A stretch of 64,000 bases of DNA from Marsupella aquatica. Lineage: Eukaryota; Plantae; Marchantiophyta. Numbering within the stretch: position 1 is the stretch's first letter; every line of letters starts with the position of its first letter. This document shows, piece after piece, positions 10,325-22,600 of the stretch. Made by a program: the position numbers and the translations under genes. The notes under the pieces were generated by a model. It saw only the letters and a list, made by a program, of their open reading frames with translations. It did not search any database and was not told the origin of the DNA. The stretch is from assembly GCA_973895155.1 (NCBI GenBank), contig OZ316894.1, positions 5,232,944 through 5,296,943 of the forward strand, given 5' to 3'.

Positions 10325-13300
10325 TTATACCCGGCTGTCCTCAACAGGCGGTTTCCTTTTATAACATCTCGTTCCGTCTATATCAATGGACACATACGTC
10401 CAGCCCAAACTATCCATTTTCGAGTCGTCGAGTAAGGGACGTAAGTCTACGAAAACTCGCATGCCCTCCGTTTTCGTTGTCTGGGACGACTGCTCTGCTT
10501 GCAACCTGAGCTCGTCACTTTGCTCCCCTTGTGGCAATGCCCCTTGAACCCAGGACGACTTTCCCAAGCTTTCTGGCAGAGTCTTCAGTCTCGTGCAACT
10601 CTCAAGTGTCACTTCTTTCAGACAAGAGAGTTGCCCCAAACTGTCCGGAAGGCTCTCCAACGTACCACAATAGGAGATGGTGAGCCTTTCTAGAGAAGAG
10701 AGAGTTCCAAGCTCATCCGGCAATGTCTCCAAACGCGGCAACCACGACAGCCTCAGGGCCCGTAATGACGAAAGGCTACCCAAACCTGCCGGGAGGATCC
10801 GTGTCTTCCGCCCTATGAGAGTTAGCTCATGTTCAAAGCACCGAAAGTGTTCAAAAAGGTCGGGTGCCTCCTCATGACCATCACAATCAAATTCAACCTC
10901 TTGCAATGATGGAATTTGTCCGATGCCATCGAGTAGGCTTCTCGCGTTCTTTCCCGCCGCAAGAGTCACTTTCTTCAGAGACTGAAACTGCCGTACGCTC
11001 TCCGGCAGGCTTTCCAAGCTTCTTGACCCGATCGATAATTCTACCAGGGAAGAGAGGGTTCCAAAATTGTCGGGCAGCCTCTCCAATTTAGAGGACCCCA
11101 ATATCAACGTTCGAAGAGACTTCAGACGGGAAAAGCTGTCTGGTAGGGTCTGCAGCAAATTAGCATTATAAATGTACAAGACCTGCAGCTGAAGGAGCTG
11201 GCCAAAATCCACTGGCAACCTCTTCAATCTCATAGCGTTTTCGAGACTCAAGTCTCTCAAATTATGGAGCCCCCCCAAGCTCTCTGGCAGGCAGTCCAAG
11301 GTTGATGAATCAACTGACAAAAATTCTAGTGAGGAGAGCTTTCCTAAAGTGTCCGGCAACTCCTTCAACTGGGGGCATTGTAATTTGAAAGTTTTCAATA
11401 ATGAAAGCTCCTCCATAATTTCAGGGAGAAGCTTAGCGACCGAAGACATGAAAGTCAAATGACGCAGTGCATACAACTTACCCACACTCAGAGGGAGAGT
11501 CTCCACCCTATCGACATTAAGCTCCAATTCCTCCAGTAGAGCAAGCTCTCCTAGGCTTTCGGGCAATATCTCCAATTTTGGACAAACTATCTTTAACTGG
11601 CGGAGAGATTTCAGACAGCAGAAACTTTCAGGTAAAGTCTCTAGGTACGTAGATGAAATGTACAATTCCTTCAGTGCCGTCCATCCAGCGAAATCGTCGG
11701 GCAAGCTCCTTAGTTGTCCAGCCGTGCTAATGTGAAGTAATTCGAGTCCCGACAGAAGGCTGAAGCTGGGAGGGAGCCTTTCCAGAGCCAGGCCTGTCAA
11801 ATACAGCACTCGTAGAGAGGCTAAGTTGCCAAAAGCATCGCCCAACTCTTCGAAGCCATCGCAATGCTCTATCCTTAATTGCTCGAGTCCCGAAAGCCGG
11901 GAGAAAGACTGCGGTAGACACTTGATCAACGGGCAGTTCGTGATGCGCACTTCTTCCAATGACGTGAGTGAACTGCCAAAGGAGTCAGGGAGTTCTGCAA
12001 GCTCTTCACAGTCTTCAATTTCTAACGTTGCAAGGCGGGATAGATTCCCTAAGGATTCAGGTAACGCCAAAGATTTTATCCTGTCAAGTACAAGATGTTC
12101 GAGGGCTCGGAGGTTGCCTAGTGATTTCGGCAAAGTGAAAGACCTTAGACTCCTCAACTCCAACCGTCTCAACCGAGGTAGATTCCCAAAATTCTCAGGC
12201 AGATGGACCAAACCTGCTAGGTTAGATAGACACAAAATGCGCAGATTGGTCAGGTTCCCCAATGCTTCCAGAAACTCCTCTGGGACCCGAAAATGTGCTA
12301 CATCCAGCACAGCCAAATTCTCCATTTTCTTGAGGCTCAGCTCGAACTTTGACAATTTCAATAGGTCACCTCCGACAACCTCTAGAAGCGATATCTTCCT
12401 CGTGAGACCATTTCCCGAACCGTCTGTGGAGACACCAGAAAGATCTATGTATTTCAATCCCTTCAGTTTAGCCAGCGAATCCAAGTGAAGGGTCCTTTGG
12501 CGCTGGCGGGAATCATACCGGATCCTCAAACATTTTGTCCTTACCTCCACCTGCACATTTAAAGGTAATTATTAAATCATTGTTTCCTAGCTACAAGTAG
12601 TGGTGGACTAAGAAGGCAGATATAAGAAAAGTAGGTATGGTTGAATTTTCTCCTTCTAGCCGACCTTGCATGATTTTATTAGGTTCATCAGTTAACTGTA
12701 CTGGAAAGAACCGTTACCTCCTTGTCATTCAACCGATCCACTGCTGAGTCTGATGATGCATCATCAGTAGCCAAAACCATGATGTCATTGGAAATATTCT
12801 GAGCCAAGTCTCGAAGCTGCTCGTGGACCCATACTCGGTTCTTGATTTCTTTCACTAATGACCTGCTCACCAAGTTGTCCCACGTTGTTTGCATAGTTTG
12901 TGTTAGACTGCTCCATGCGGCAAGGGCCCGGTCCAACGGCTCTTCGAAGAAACATGACGCAGCCTCTGTGAACATCTCCTGTTCCTCTGGTAACAGCGCA
13001 TCGTAACTTATCCGCAAGGAAGCCCACAGTCTGTCCCTCTTCTCCCCAGTTATGGCTTGTGCTTCTCTCAACCTCTGTAGAGCTTCTATCCACACTTCAA
13101 CATTTCTGCCTCTGAGGTAAGTGCCGATAACTTCCAACGTCAACGGCAACCCACCACACTTTTTTACCACTGCATTGACTTTGTCAATAAGAAAGTCTGG
13201 AACATCCTTCGATTCAAATGCATGATGGCAGAATAGAGTCTTTGCATCATCGTCTTTCAAAAACCCTACCTCATGGACAATGCAACCTTTATAATATTTG

Positions 13301-15967
13301 AAAACTTCTTTGTCACGGCTTGTCATGATAACACAACTGCCCGCTCCAAAGTGCTCCAATTTTGGTAGAACTTTGAGCTGATCCTGCGCATCTACGTCAT
13401 CCATGGCAATTAAAGCTTTCTTGCTGCGCAAATGCTGCCACTCCATTGAACCCTTGCCTGGTTTCTTCCCATTGTGATGAAAGTGATTGAGAACCCGATC
13501 CTCCAATTTGTGTGATGGGTTGCCTTTTACATTATCCACAAAGCACGTGTATTCAAAGTCTTTGGAAAGAATGTTAAATGCTTGCGTTGCAAGAGTGGTC
13601 TTGCCAATCCCACCCATGCCAAAAATTCCAAGAATAGCTCCACCAACAAGCTTCTCCTTCACATCCAAGGCGCGTCTCTCCAAATCAAGAGGGAAGTTTG
13701 GAATCCCATGAACTTCATGAATAGGCACTTCCACCTGAAGAGATCAAATAATTTGGATCAGAACACTCGGAATTATAGATAGCAACTACAGTGTTCATAT
13801 GACAACAATCATTCATGGTTGAATCCAACAATATACGTAGTTGTAAATCATTTTGAAGGTGGAAGAATGGTGAACTATGAAGGTATTTGTATTTGGTTTT
13901 CACAGGGTATGAACGTTTAAGGAATCACTGTTACCACCAGCCACCTAGATTGAGCCTATCCAATTTTGCATATATAGGAAAAGTTTTGTCAAGAAAAGCA
14001 ACAGAGTTTTGGTCTATAGCCCTGGTGGACTATGTATCCTGAAATTACTGTCCGGTCAACATCTGTTATCTTGCCCAGCCAAATATTGACCGAGTGGGAT
14101 CGTAACAACTGGAAGTGCATTATCTCAATAACACTGAAGTTACCACAGACCCTCTAGATATAATTCAGAACAATCCGTAGCCATTGTCAGGCAGTGGTGT
14201 ACGTCAAAACTCTCTCTATATCTTTAGGAGGCTTGCTCTTTCTATCGATTCCTATTGGTTTCACTCATAGCCAAGTGTTGCAATACCGCATCCATGTTGG
14301 TTATGTACGTTAAGCGAAAATGGAAATTTTCAGTGTCTGCGTCATCCTTAATTTCCAATTACATATACCATCAACGACTATTCTGATTTTTGTTGTGGAC
14401 TTTTCAGTACATACTCTGAGAAATGCTTGCAATTCAGCAATGATTTCACTACGACGACATCACAAAGCCTAACTTAGGTGATGCGTTTAAAGTGACGAAT
14501 TGGGTGCCAATAACGGCTGCATAATCCTACCTTCATTTCGTCAACAACGTGCATGAGGAAGTCCTTGAGCTTGTGGAAGCTCCTCGAGGACTTGCTCCTT
14601 GCTCGACAAATGGAAAAGTGGTCTGCTCCGTCTACAATATTAAAATTGTACTTCCTCACAGATGCCTCAGGGCCCACCATGACTTCCCCATCCTGCCCAT
14701 CAATGACCAAAGGTTGAACTTCATTAGATCACAATATGTGCTTGTCTCCATTCTAGGCTTTCAGAGCTTGCTTCTCAACACCTCATAGTCGGCAATCCAC
14801 AGGAAAAAGTGCTTCTAAATTACTCAAAACATCAAATGTTAAATACTGCAATCAGTTTAATGCCGCTGGATACCATATGCTATAGAAGGATGAATGCTCC
14901 GACAGCGTGAATTGTAACTTCACGCAGAATACTACCAATGGCTATTCAATTACAACAGTAAGCAAAACGAAATTTTGACTAAATGATTAGATAGCAATCG
15001 CACTGTACCAAATTTGTAGGGCGACCTTCACCAAGTGATGCGAACTGCCACTTCTCATACACTTTCCGTATGGCATCAAATCGACTATTCAGCCGTTCCG
15101 TGTCTGTACTCAACGTTCTGAAGAACTTTAACAAAGCACCTCCCATTTTATCTGCCAGACGGTCTGCAGCAGGGCTTCCGTGATGAGGGGTAGCATAATC
15201 GAATACCCCTCTCATGCTGTTAGCAAACTTCTCCAACTTCGCCCTCTGAAAATCTCGGCTCACTTGGAGTCTCTCATGCGCTTGGCAACATAATTCTTTG
15301 ATCACCAATCCTCCAATGGAGTGGCCTACCAATACAATTGGACAATTCGACTCTTGCCCAATGTTTGCCATCAGAAGATCTGAGATCAGGTTTTCCCCTA
15401 AATTGAACATATCAATGTCATCGTTTGAAATATTTCTTAGGATTCCACTGTAAGACACTGAGAATATCTGAGCCTCAGGAATCTCCTCAACCAACCACTC
15501 CTGCGGCCAGATGCAGGAGTCATCCTCACATTTCCATGTAGACAGATGTGGGTCTCGGCTGTTTGGTCCCAACTGGAGACCATGGAAAAACACAACCTGT
15601 ATGCTTGGTCTGCCTGCAGGCTTGTACAACTGGTACACGGAGTCATTCACCTGAGAAAACCAATCACAATGAGAAAAAAGGGACTTCGAATGTCACCAGT
15701 CGTGCTGTGCAAGGATGACAGAGGCTCGACTCGGCTTAAAAGCAACGTCTTAAACAGCTTTACTGGGATTGCTAAGGTATAACTATAGCGATGCTCAGGA
15801 GCTTTCCAAATCGACTCAACTACAAAAACAAACCTAAAGCGATTTGGACAAATAGACTCAACGAAAAAGCAAAAAACCTCGAAGCCCGATTTCAGGGGAT
15901 CTTGGCTGTGTATTACCTGCAAAATTTGAGAAGACCCTTGCGGTCTGGATGAGGAGGCACCCAACAT
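10325..15967 (-). CDS. Alpha/beta-hydrolase-NB-ARC-LRR immune receptor (HNL), copy 1, intact, about 1365 aa
   Basis: Inferred exons 15967-15917, 15650-15009, 14692-14531, 13734-12718 and 12550-10325, all with GT..AG phase-0 introns conserved in four copies. Hydrolase motifs VVFFHGL, IWPQEWL, GHSIGG, TPHHGS and ADHFSIC. NB-ARC motifs GMGGIGKTT, AMDDVD, GSCVIMTSRD, CGGLPL and WVHEQLRDL. About 25 LRRs of the LxxLPxsfgxLxxLxxLxL type. Exon 1 is the least certain. Confidence 0.9.
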
Positions 15968-18928
15968 TGGGTGGCAGGGACTTAAGAGCTTTGGGGACAA
16001 TCAATGGGCCGTAGCCACAAGGGACCCACAAATAAGCTTAGGGAAAGCTACTGAGAATCGCTGTCTTGATCTTCAGCGTCTTTCTCATATGATTTAGGAG
16101 ACTCATCCACTCACTTAAAAGTAGAGCAAGTGGTGTACTCAGTTCAGGGCTCAATAGTCAATTGGAAGACGACTATTTGAGGAGGTCAGTACCTGTCCGG
16201 TAGAAGTTTGTGACCCAAGATTAGAAATAAATTTGACATCATGTCATTCTGAACTGAAGCAAAGTATAAATTGCATATGCCGACGTCTAATTTCAGGAAA
16301 ACGGTTCTCAGAAAAATGCCGCACGTATAAATCCGCAATGGTGACGTGGAGGCAACGGTCGGAATTGTGCATAGTTAATACGACCACCGACTTGGATTCT
16401 CCTCGATCCATATACATCAGGAGCTCCAGAGGTCTAGAGTGGCACCGACCTGAATACAAACTGAACAATTTGCTTTGCATAGAGCAAGGGAATGTTAATG
16501 TAAATGGTGACAATTTAGAGTAAGAGAAAACCACGCATTGGTCACGCTGGCAAAAAGAGAAAACTAGGCCGATCCTCCGTCTCTTCTTTCCCCTGGACTG
16601 CTGTGACTCTGCAATTGGACATTCGAGACAATTTCCAACACATTGTTAGTGATCTCTGTCTCACAGCATGTGTGGAAGGAAGACGACATAATTCTTCGCA
16701 CTTGCGGGAGGGCGACAGGGAATGCACGATGCAGTTGAGGTGGGAGAGACATTACCCAAAAACAAAAGCGGCGAACGACAATGGTATTTGATCACATCTG
16801 CTAAGGGGAATCAGCCATGGAGTGATTTCAGGTGAACGACAATGAAAATTGATAACATTGGCAAAGGGGAATCAGCTATGGAATGAATTGAGGTGGGAAA
16901 TGGACCAAGACATCTGTTCTTGAGCAGTGTCTGCCTCTGTCCATCGAGCCTTTCTGAGCTCCAGAGATTCGGAGGTGAGGGTGAACTTTTGAGATCAGGG
17001 AAGGATTGATTGAGAAGATCGAATCTCTTATGAAGAAGTCATTGTTAGGTTAGTTGCCTTGGGTACACGAGGGTCAGCCGGGCTCTCAACGTACAGGTAA
17101 GTAGCGTGATTAACTGAAATCGTCTGGGCATCCAGATAGATGAGCTTGCAAACTATAGCTCTTCACGAATTGGGTTTCTAGCAGTCCAGGACATCGCTAT
17201 TGAACAGGCCCAAACGAAGTGGGGAACAACATCACGAGAAAATGAACCCAAAACGCACAATTTTTGTGGCTAACCAAGATCTAGAAGTATCATGCAATAC
17301 CTGATGATCGCGGTTTCTGGTTCCTCAAGCTCACGTAAACAAATCGACCATCCCACAGCACAGTGAAGTTGACCTTGTCGAGGCCGTTCACGTCCCTTCA
17401 ATATCATCAGTCGTCCGCACTGTAGAACAATTGGAAATCAGAAGAAATCACGAAAAGATAGAAGAAACTGACGATAATGTGATGCCATGGTCACCTGGTG
17501 CACCGGTTCTAATCCAAGAGCCAAGCGAAAGCCGGCAGAACAAATGTGGACGGCTTTGTGATGTTTGTACGAGAATTCCTTGGGGTTGTGTGACTTTTGG
17601 TGCTCGGACCGATTGACCTGGCTTTAAAGTTTACCCTTTCAATGCTCATCCTACCAAGTCAGGACTTGAAGGAATTGTAAACTATAAATTTTCCTAGGGG
17701 CCCACCTTCCATCGAAGGTATACCGGCCCTACTGAGGAGTCCACCGAGGGACCATCGCGACTGTCAACCTGACGTGTTGAGTTTGTTCGCTTTTGCACTA
17801 GGTCGCCTGTTTCAGTTGAACGAAAGGACGGTTGCCCCTGCAGCGATCGGTTATAGTGGACGAGAGATTATTTTACATGATGATATGAGTTGAACTTTGT
17901 TGAACTGATGGATAATTTACGAGACCAAGCTCACTTGGAAAGTTGGTCAGTCCGGGAATTTCGCCCTTGCAACTTTGAGCTTGTTGATATCAAGAATCAT
18001 CTACAACCTTGTTTTGGAGACGAATAGCAGGTTGCAATGTGTTCAGATCCGGCCAGATCGATTTGTAGATTAATATAGATTTCAAACTTTGTGCAATTTG
18101 GCGGACAGCATTTCACACGTAGAATCAAGGCAGATGAAGGAAATCGATGTAATATTTGGGTAGAGCTGATAAAAGCACCTCCCAATTTTAAAGCAATCTG
18201 TACAAACTTAAGGAGGCATATTTGGGTTTTCTTCCGAAACTTCTCCATAGGAATACGAAATTAATGGATGGAAATTTGCCGGGCTCCTATCTTTCCACAG
18301 TTTGGTCCAGGAAAATTGCTGCTTTGGAAATTTTGCGTGTGGAAATATTGTTTCTGAGAAGGGACAAGATTGAATTTCAATATTTCTGTCACACACAAAT
18401 TTTGCTGCTTACCATCACCAGAATTGAGCCAGAGATATGCAAAATGTGGAATTCTGTAGATCAATTGAACCACATATCTCCTGCCCGACTCGCATTTGAA
18501 AGTTAGACATTGGAGAGTGACCATAACTTGTCACTACTTGACCTCTTGCCCACGCATGACAAAAGCACCTAATGCTAATGCCAGTTGCTTTGGATAAAAT
18601 CCTGATTGCATTAGTGAAAAGAGAGGGGATGGGAGACTGCACCATCCACTCGGGCATTCACTCGTCGCGGAGATTGAACCTTATTCTATTTCAGCATCCT
18701 CTGCATTACGTCTACGGCTGCATGAAATTGAGAACATGCAATTCAAGACCTAGGAGTTTGGAAAAGGAGAGACAACTCAAAATGACCTTCACTATGAGCT
18801 ATGTATTGGTACTGTGATTGCCGTCATAGCCACTTTCAGTAGAAATGTGCAAGCATTTTGAGTGATAAACTAAGGGCAGTGTTGTACTTCGTGGCACAGA
18901 AGTAGGCGACCATTGATTGACCATAACT

Positions 18929-19680
18929 GAGACTGCCACAAATGAACTCAATCTGGGGTGAAAGGAAGACCCTATCCATTTGTATCTCATCTGAGCACTG
19001 TTGGCTGCGGGAACTGGGAAACAAGTCCACCTATCCTCGTCAACGTTGTATGCAAGGACTCGACTGCCAGACCCCACCCTGAAAAAAATGTAATTACCAT
19101 CTCCCACAGGTTGACCAAATATATTGGCCACTTTCAGATCAGCAGGAGGGCCCCGAGCCAACTGCACCAATCGTAGAGAATTTAGATCAATCCTCAGCAC
19201 CTGCAGAGTCTCGGGATACAACCCCTTCGTTACCAACATCAGCCATTTGACTTGCAAACCACCACGTTGACGCTGACATTCTCGAGTACGTTGTCACAAC
19301 AACCTCAGTTCCTTGGAAGTCCCTTCCTCTGTGTTGATAACCAGGACACTCTGTGGGTTATTGACTGCCACCATGTAGAGAACTCCATTGAGATTCGTGG
19401 CAGTGGAAGGTCCCACAGATAAATCTCCTGAAACAGCAAAATCTTTGCTGTTCCAGGTTTCTGACTTGGAGTCGTAGATCTGCGCAAAATAGCCTCTCCC
19501 ACCACAGGAGAGGAGGATCAGCTTGTACGTCTCCGTAGATGGGTCTATCACCAAATTGTTACAGCTGACATAACTAGTCCTCAGCGGCCAAGCTGGCAAT
19601 AGCTTCCAGGTCCGGGTCAAAACGTTGGTCACATACAGATTATGCATCCCAGTCCCCGCTTCCGACCAAGGATTTCCCCA
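18929..19680 (-). pseudogene. F-box gene remnant, unit 2 (C-terminal half only)
   Basis: ORFs 19294-19647 and 18799-19257 match the unit 1 F-box C-terminal half, with a frameshift and a lost stop. The 5' half is replaced by about 250 bp of unrelated sequence (19680-19930). Confidence 0.8.
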
Positions 19681-22600
19681 TAGATTTCGTTGAAGAGGTG
19701 GAATAGACTAATCCACGAGAATCTAGACATGAGATTTCATGAGCCTCTGTTCATCAGGACGGTGTGAGATTGCTTGCACAGATTTGGAGATTTGGGATGT
19801 TCAGTGAGAGGATGGCATCACTGAGTGACAACATTCCATCATGAAGCTTCGACTGAGAGAATTACTCAATTCGTCGTACAATTAACCTACTTTCACGACG
19901 TCATTTGAGATCAGATGCCTTTAAAATCAGAGGCCCGCGGTGGGGCCTAATTCAAAGATCAATTGCATGATGGGACCTCAGATCCATTTGATACATGACA
20001 GCCAAAGAGGTGAATGCACATTGCTCCTCCCTGGGAAGGTCCTTGCGAAACATGGTCATTAGAAGAGACTGGTGCGCTAGCAACTTCATCACACGCAGCA
20101 GTCTGACCCGCGCGTGAACAAAAACTTTTAGTTCAAGCAAAAACGAAGATTCGGATAGATTATGGAATACCTGATTGGTGCCTACTTTGATACTCCTAGA
20201 TGATGATCAATCACCAACCCCGCCATGGCATAGTGAACTTGACCGTGACGAAGCCCTGCACTCTCCCTCCATACCGTCAGACCTGACCATTGAGAAATCA
20301 AGGAGACAAAGATGGATCACTGCCGGACGAGAGAAAGCATTGAGGCATTGTTGTCACCATAGATGTTCAGCTAACGGCGCACCGAGAGCCGGCAGAAGAC
20401 CTCTAGAGGACAAAAGTGTGGACCTCTGATATTCTCATCAACCATTTGTTTAACACCTTGGCTTACCTTATTGGGTTCGCCGAGCACATCGACGTATATT
20501 ATTGAAGATTCTGATTGGTCCATTGGTAAAAATATTCAGGAATTCTCTACACTCCATTGTTGAGGAGTATCTGAAGGACATATGAAAAGGCATTGCCGGC
20601 TTTCCAATCTGGTGAGCACCCCTAAAAATTTCTTCCAGTCTCCAGGAGAGCCACGGCGGGGCTAATTCAGCACATGTTGTGTACAGTATCCTCTAACTGA
20701 AGGACCTCTTTCGCTCCTGTTTGGGACCAGCTCTCAACTTTTCACTTAATTAATTTTGCTTTCGTGCTTATTTCCAATGCGGGGAGGTAGACTCAGGAAT
20801 TGAGGGATGTCAAAGATCGTATCACCTGAAGAACCTTGGGCGCCCAGCCAACGAAGGTGTAGTGCAGCTGTTCAACAAGTACATGGAACAAGGTCCTGCC
20901 CAGGCTTCTCCTGCCAACGGGCTTGACGTATGCATGGCGTCAGCCCTTCCGGAAGCACGCCAATATTGAGCTTCTTCAAATTCACCGAGCACGTTCATAC
21001 CACCATAGCCTGCAGGCATCCATCGTCAATTGAATCTTTGCGCGAGCCACTCTACCGGACGCCGAGATCTTAATTTCTGTTCCGATCGATCAATCGGCTC
21101 ACAGATGAAACCATCGCGATCACTTCGTCATAGCTATGTTGAATAACAAAAGAGACAGCGCTACCATTATCAAATTTCATGAGGGCTTTGTCACTGGGCA
21201 TCTAAGTTCTAAGTAAGCTTCAGGGAGTGTCCAATCTACTCTTTGAATCAATAGCTCCGATCCGTCTGCTGGTGATAAATGAGAATCAATTTGGCTTGCC
21301 CTTGCTCGAGCTGTGGACAAGCAATGAAGAGCTAGCTCATTCACAAACTCACTTCGACATGATCCCAGAGCAGATGTTGCCAGGGGATTGTGGGCAACTG
21401 TGGCAGGGAGGGTCTTGGGTTTTCTCAGGGTTGGTGGTGACTTTCTGGTCAAATTCATGGAGGCCTCTGTTCTCATGGTGGTTGTTAGTAACCCACCTAG
21501 CCTGTGTTGTCAATGGTAACTGATGTTGAGCAGAAGTGCTATTGGGCTGAATGAGATGGCGAGGCAATTGCATACTGCCGGGAGTGGGTGAGTCGGTATG
21601 GCAAGTGGATTTCAATTAGTTGGATTTCATTTAGTGTGCAAGTTGCAAGGAAAGTGATGGGTTGGAAATGGAAAAGGTGCACCCTACAGTGGCCCGTGAA
21701 GTTACCTAGACTCATAGTTAGTAAAAGTTGTCCCATGAACGTACTTCTCATGGTTAGGAAAAGATGTCACATTAATGCAACCTCACCTTAATCGAACTGC
21801 CAAGGAGGCTTCCCACCAGATGACATTTTGTAAAGCACACTATGAGAAGAAATACCAGTATTGCACATTATAGTGTTTAGGAAGATACAATATCATATAC
21901 TCTGAGTCCCTTCAATTTTCAGGCACTTTCATTGATCAGTTCCCAATCAGTCAATTTATCAGTCACTCCCATCAGCGGTCTTGCTAGTTTAGAAAACTCT
22001 ATCAAGCCTTCCCCTTAGGCAAATTTCTTCTTAGCTGATCTTGCTGAATGGCATTTTCTTTCAGTAGTCTTGCCAAGGAGGAAAATTCCACTCAGCTGAT
22101 CTTGCTCACTCATTGTTTTGCTTGGCGGCCTCAATGACTGAACATTTCTAGGGGAAAGAATCCACTTGTCCAAACTTGTTGATTCACTCTTTCAACTCGG
22201 CAGCCCTGCTGAGGAGTATGGTTCTTTACAAAAAGCACTGATGGAAAGACTGATACCTGATACCAACGAGTGATAACTAATGGGGTTATGACACTGTTGT
22301 CATGTTAGTTGGAGCGCTTGGTCTGGGGAGTAAGGACGAGTGGAAAGATAGCTGAACACCTGAGTCACTAGTATGACCTATTGATCACTCAACCTGGCAA
22401 TTAAAGATTTGCTCTGGAACCAAGCTATGAAGCTACAAAGTACTCTGTACCTAATATTTTGCTTGTTAAGTTGAAGCAACAGGTACGCCCTGTTGAGAGG
22501 TTTGGAAAATCTTCCCCAATTGTTGAGAAGAAATGAGCTGTCTCTAATATACATTTTCAAGTTACCAAAACCCTTGAAGGAGGCCTTTCTATGTGCATGG

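Noticed and set aside
11826-12488. 220 aa plus-strand ORF recurring in each unit (also 26091-26753, 39066-39729, 57419-58099)
   Set aside because: Antisense shadow of the Leu-rich LRR exon. It is Ser/Arg-rich with no domain, and its conservation is explained by the sense gene.
12535-12550. Donor-like GAG|GTAAGG six bases into exon 5 in all copies (possible micro-exon)
   Set aside because: The frame continues open into a recognisable first LRR with protein-level variation. It cannot be supported without transcript data.
12688-13734. Bacterial STAND/Avs-type anti-phage system interpretation
   Set aside because: Domains are separated by GT..AG introns, the NB-ARC motifs are plant-type, and the neighbours are F-box and LTR sequences.
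15647-16000. 117 aa ORF upstream of the hydrolase exon, conserved in copies 2 and 4
   Set aside because: Only MLGASS...ILQ (exon 1) is plausibly coding. The rest runs through intron 1 (donor AG|GTAATA, acceptor ttctcag).
16000-17300. Conserved short ORFs upstream of each NLR (e.g. 43944-44318) as extra exons or a head-to-head partner gene
   Set aside because: Frames and stops differ between units and no domain is recognisable. The similarity is explained by recent duplication, so this is probably promoter or 5' leader.
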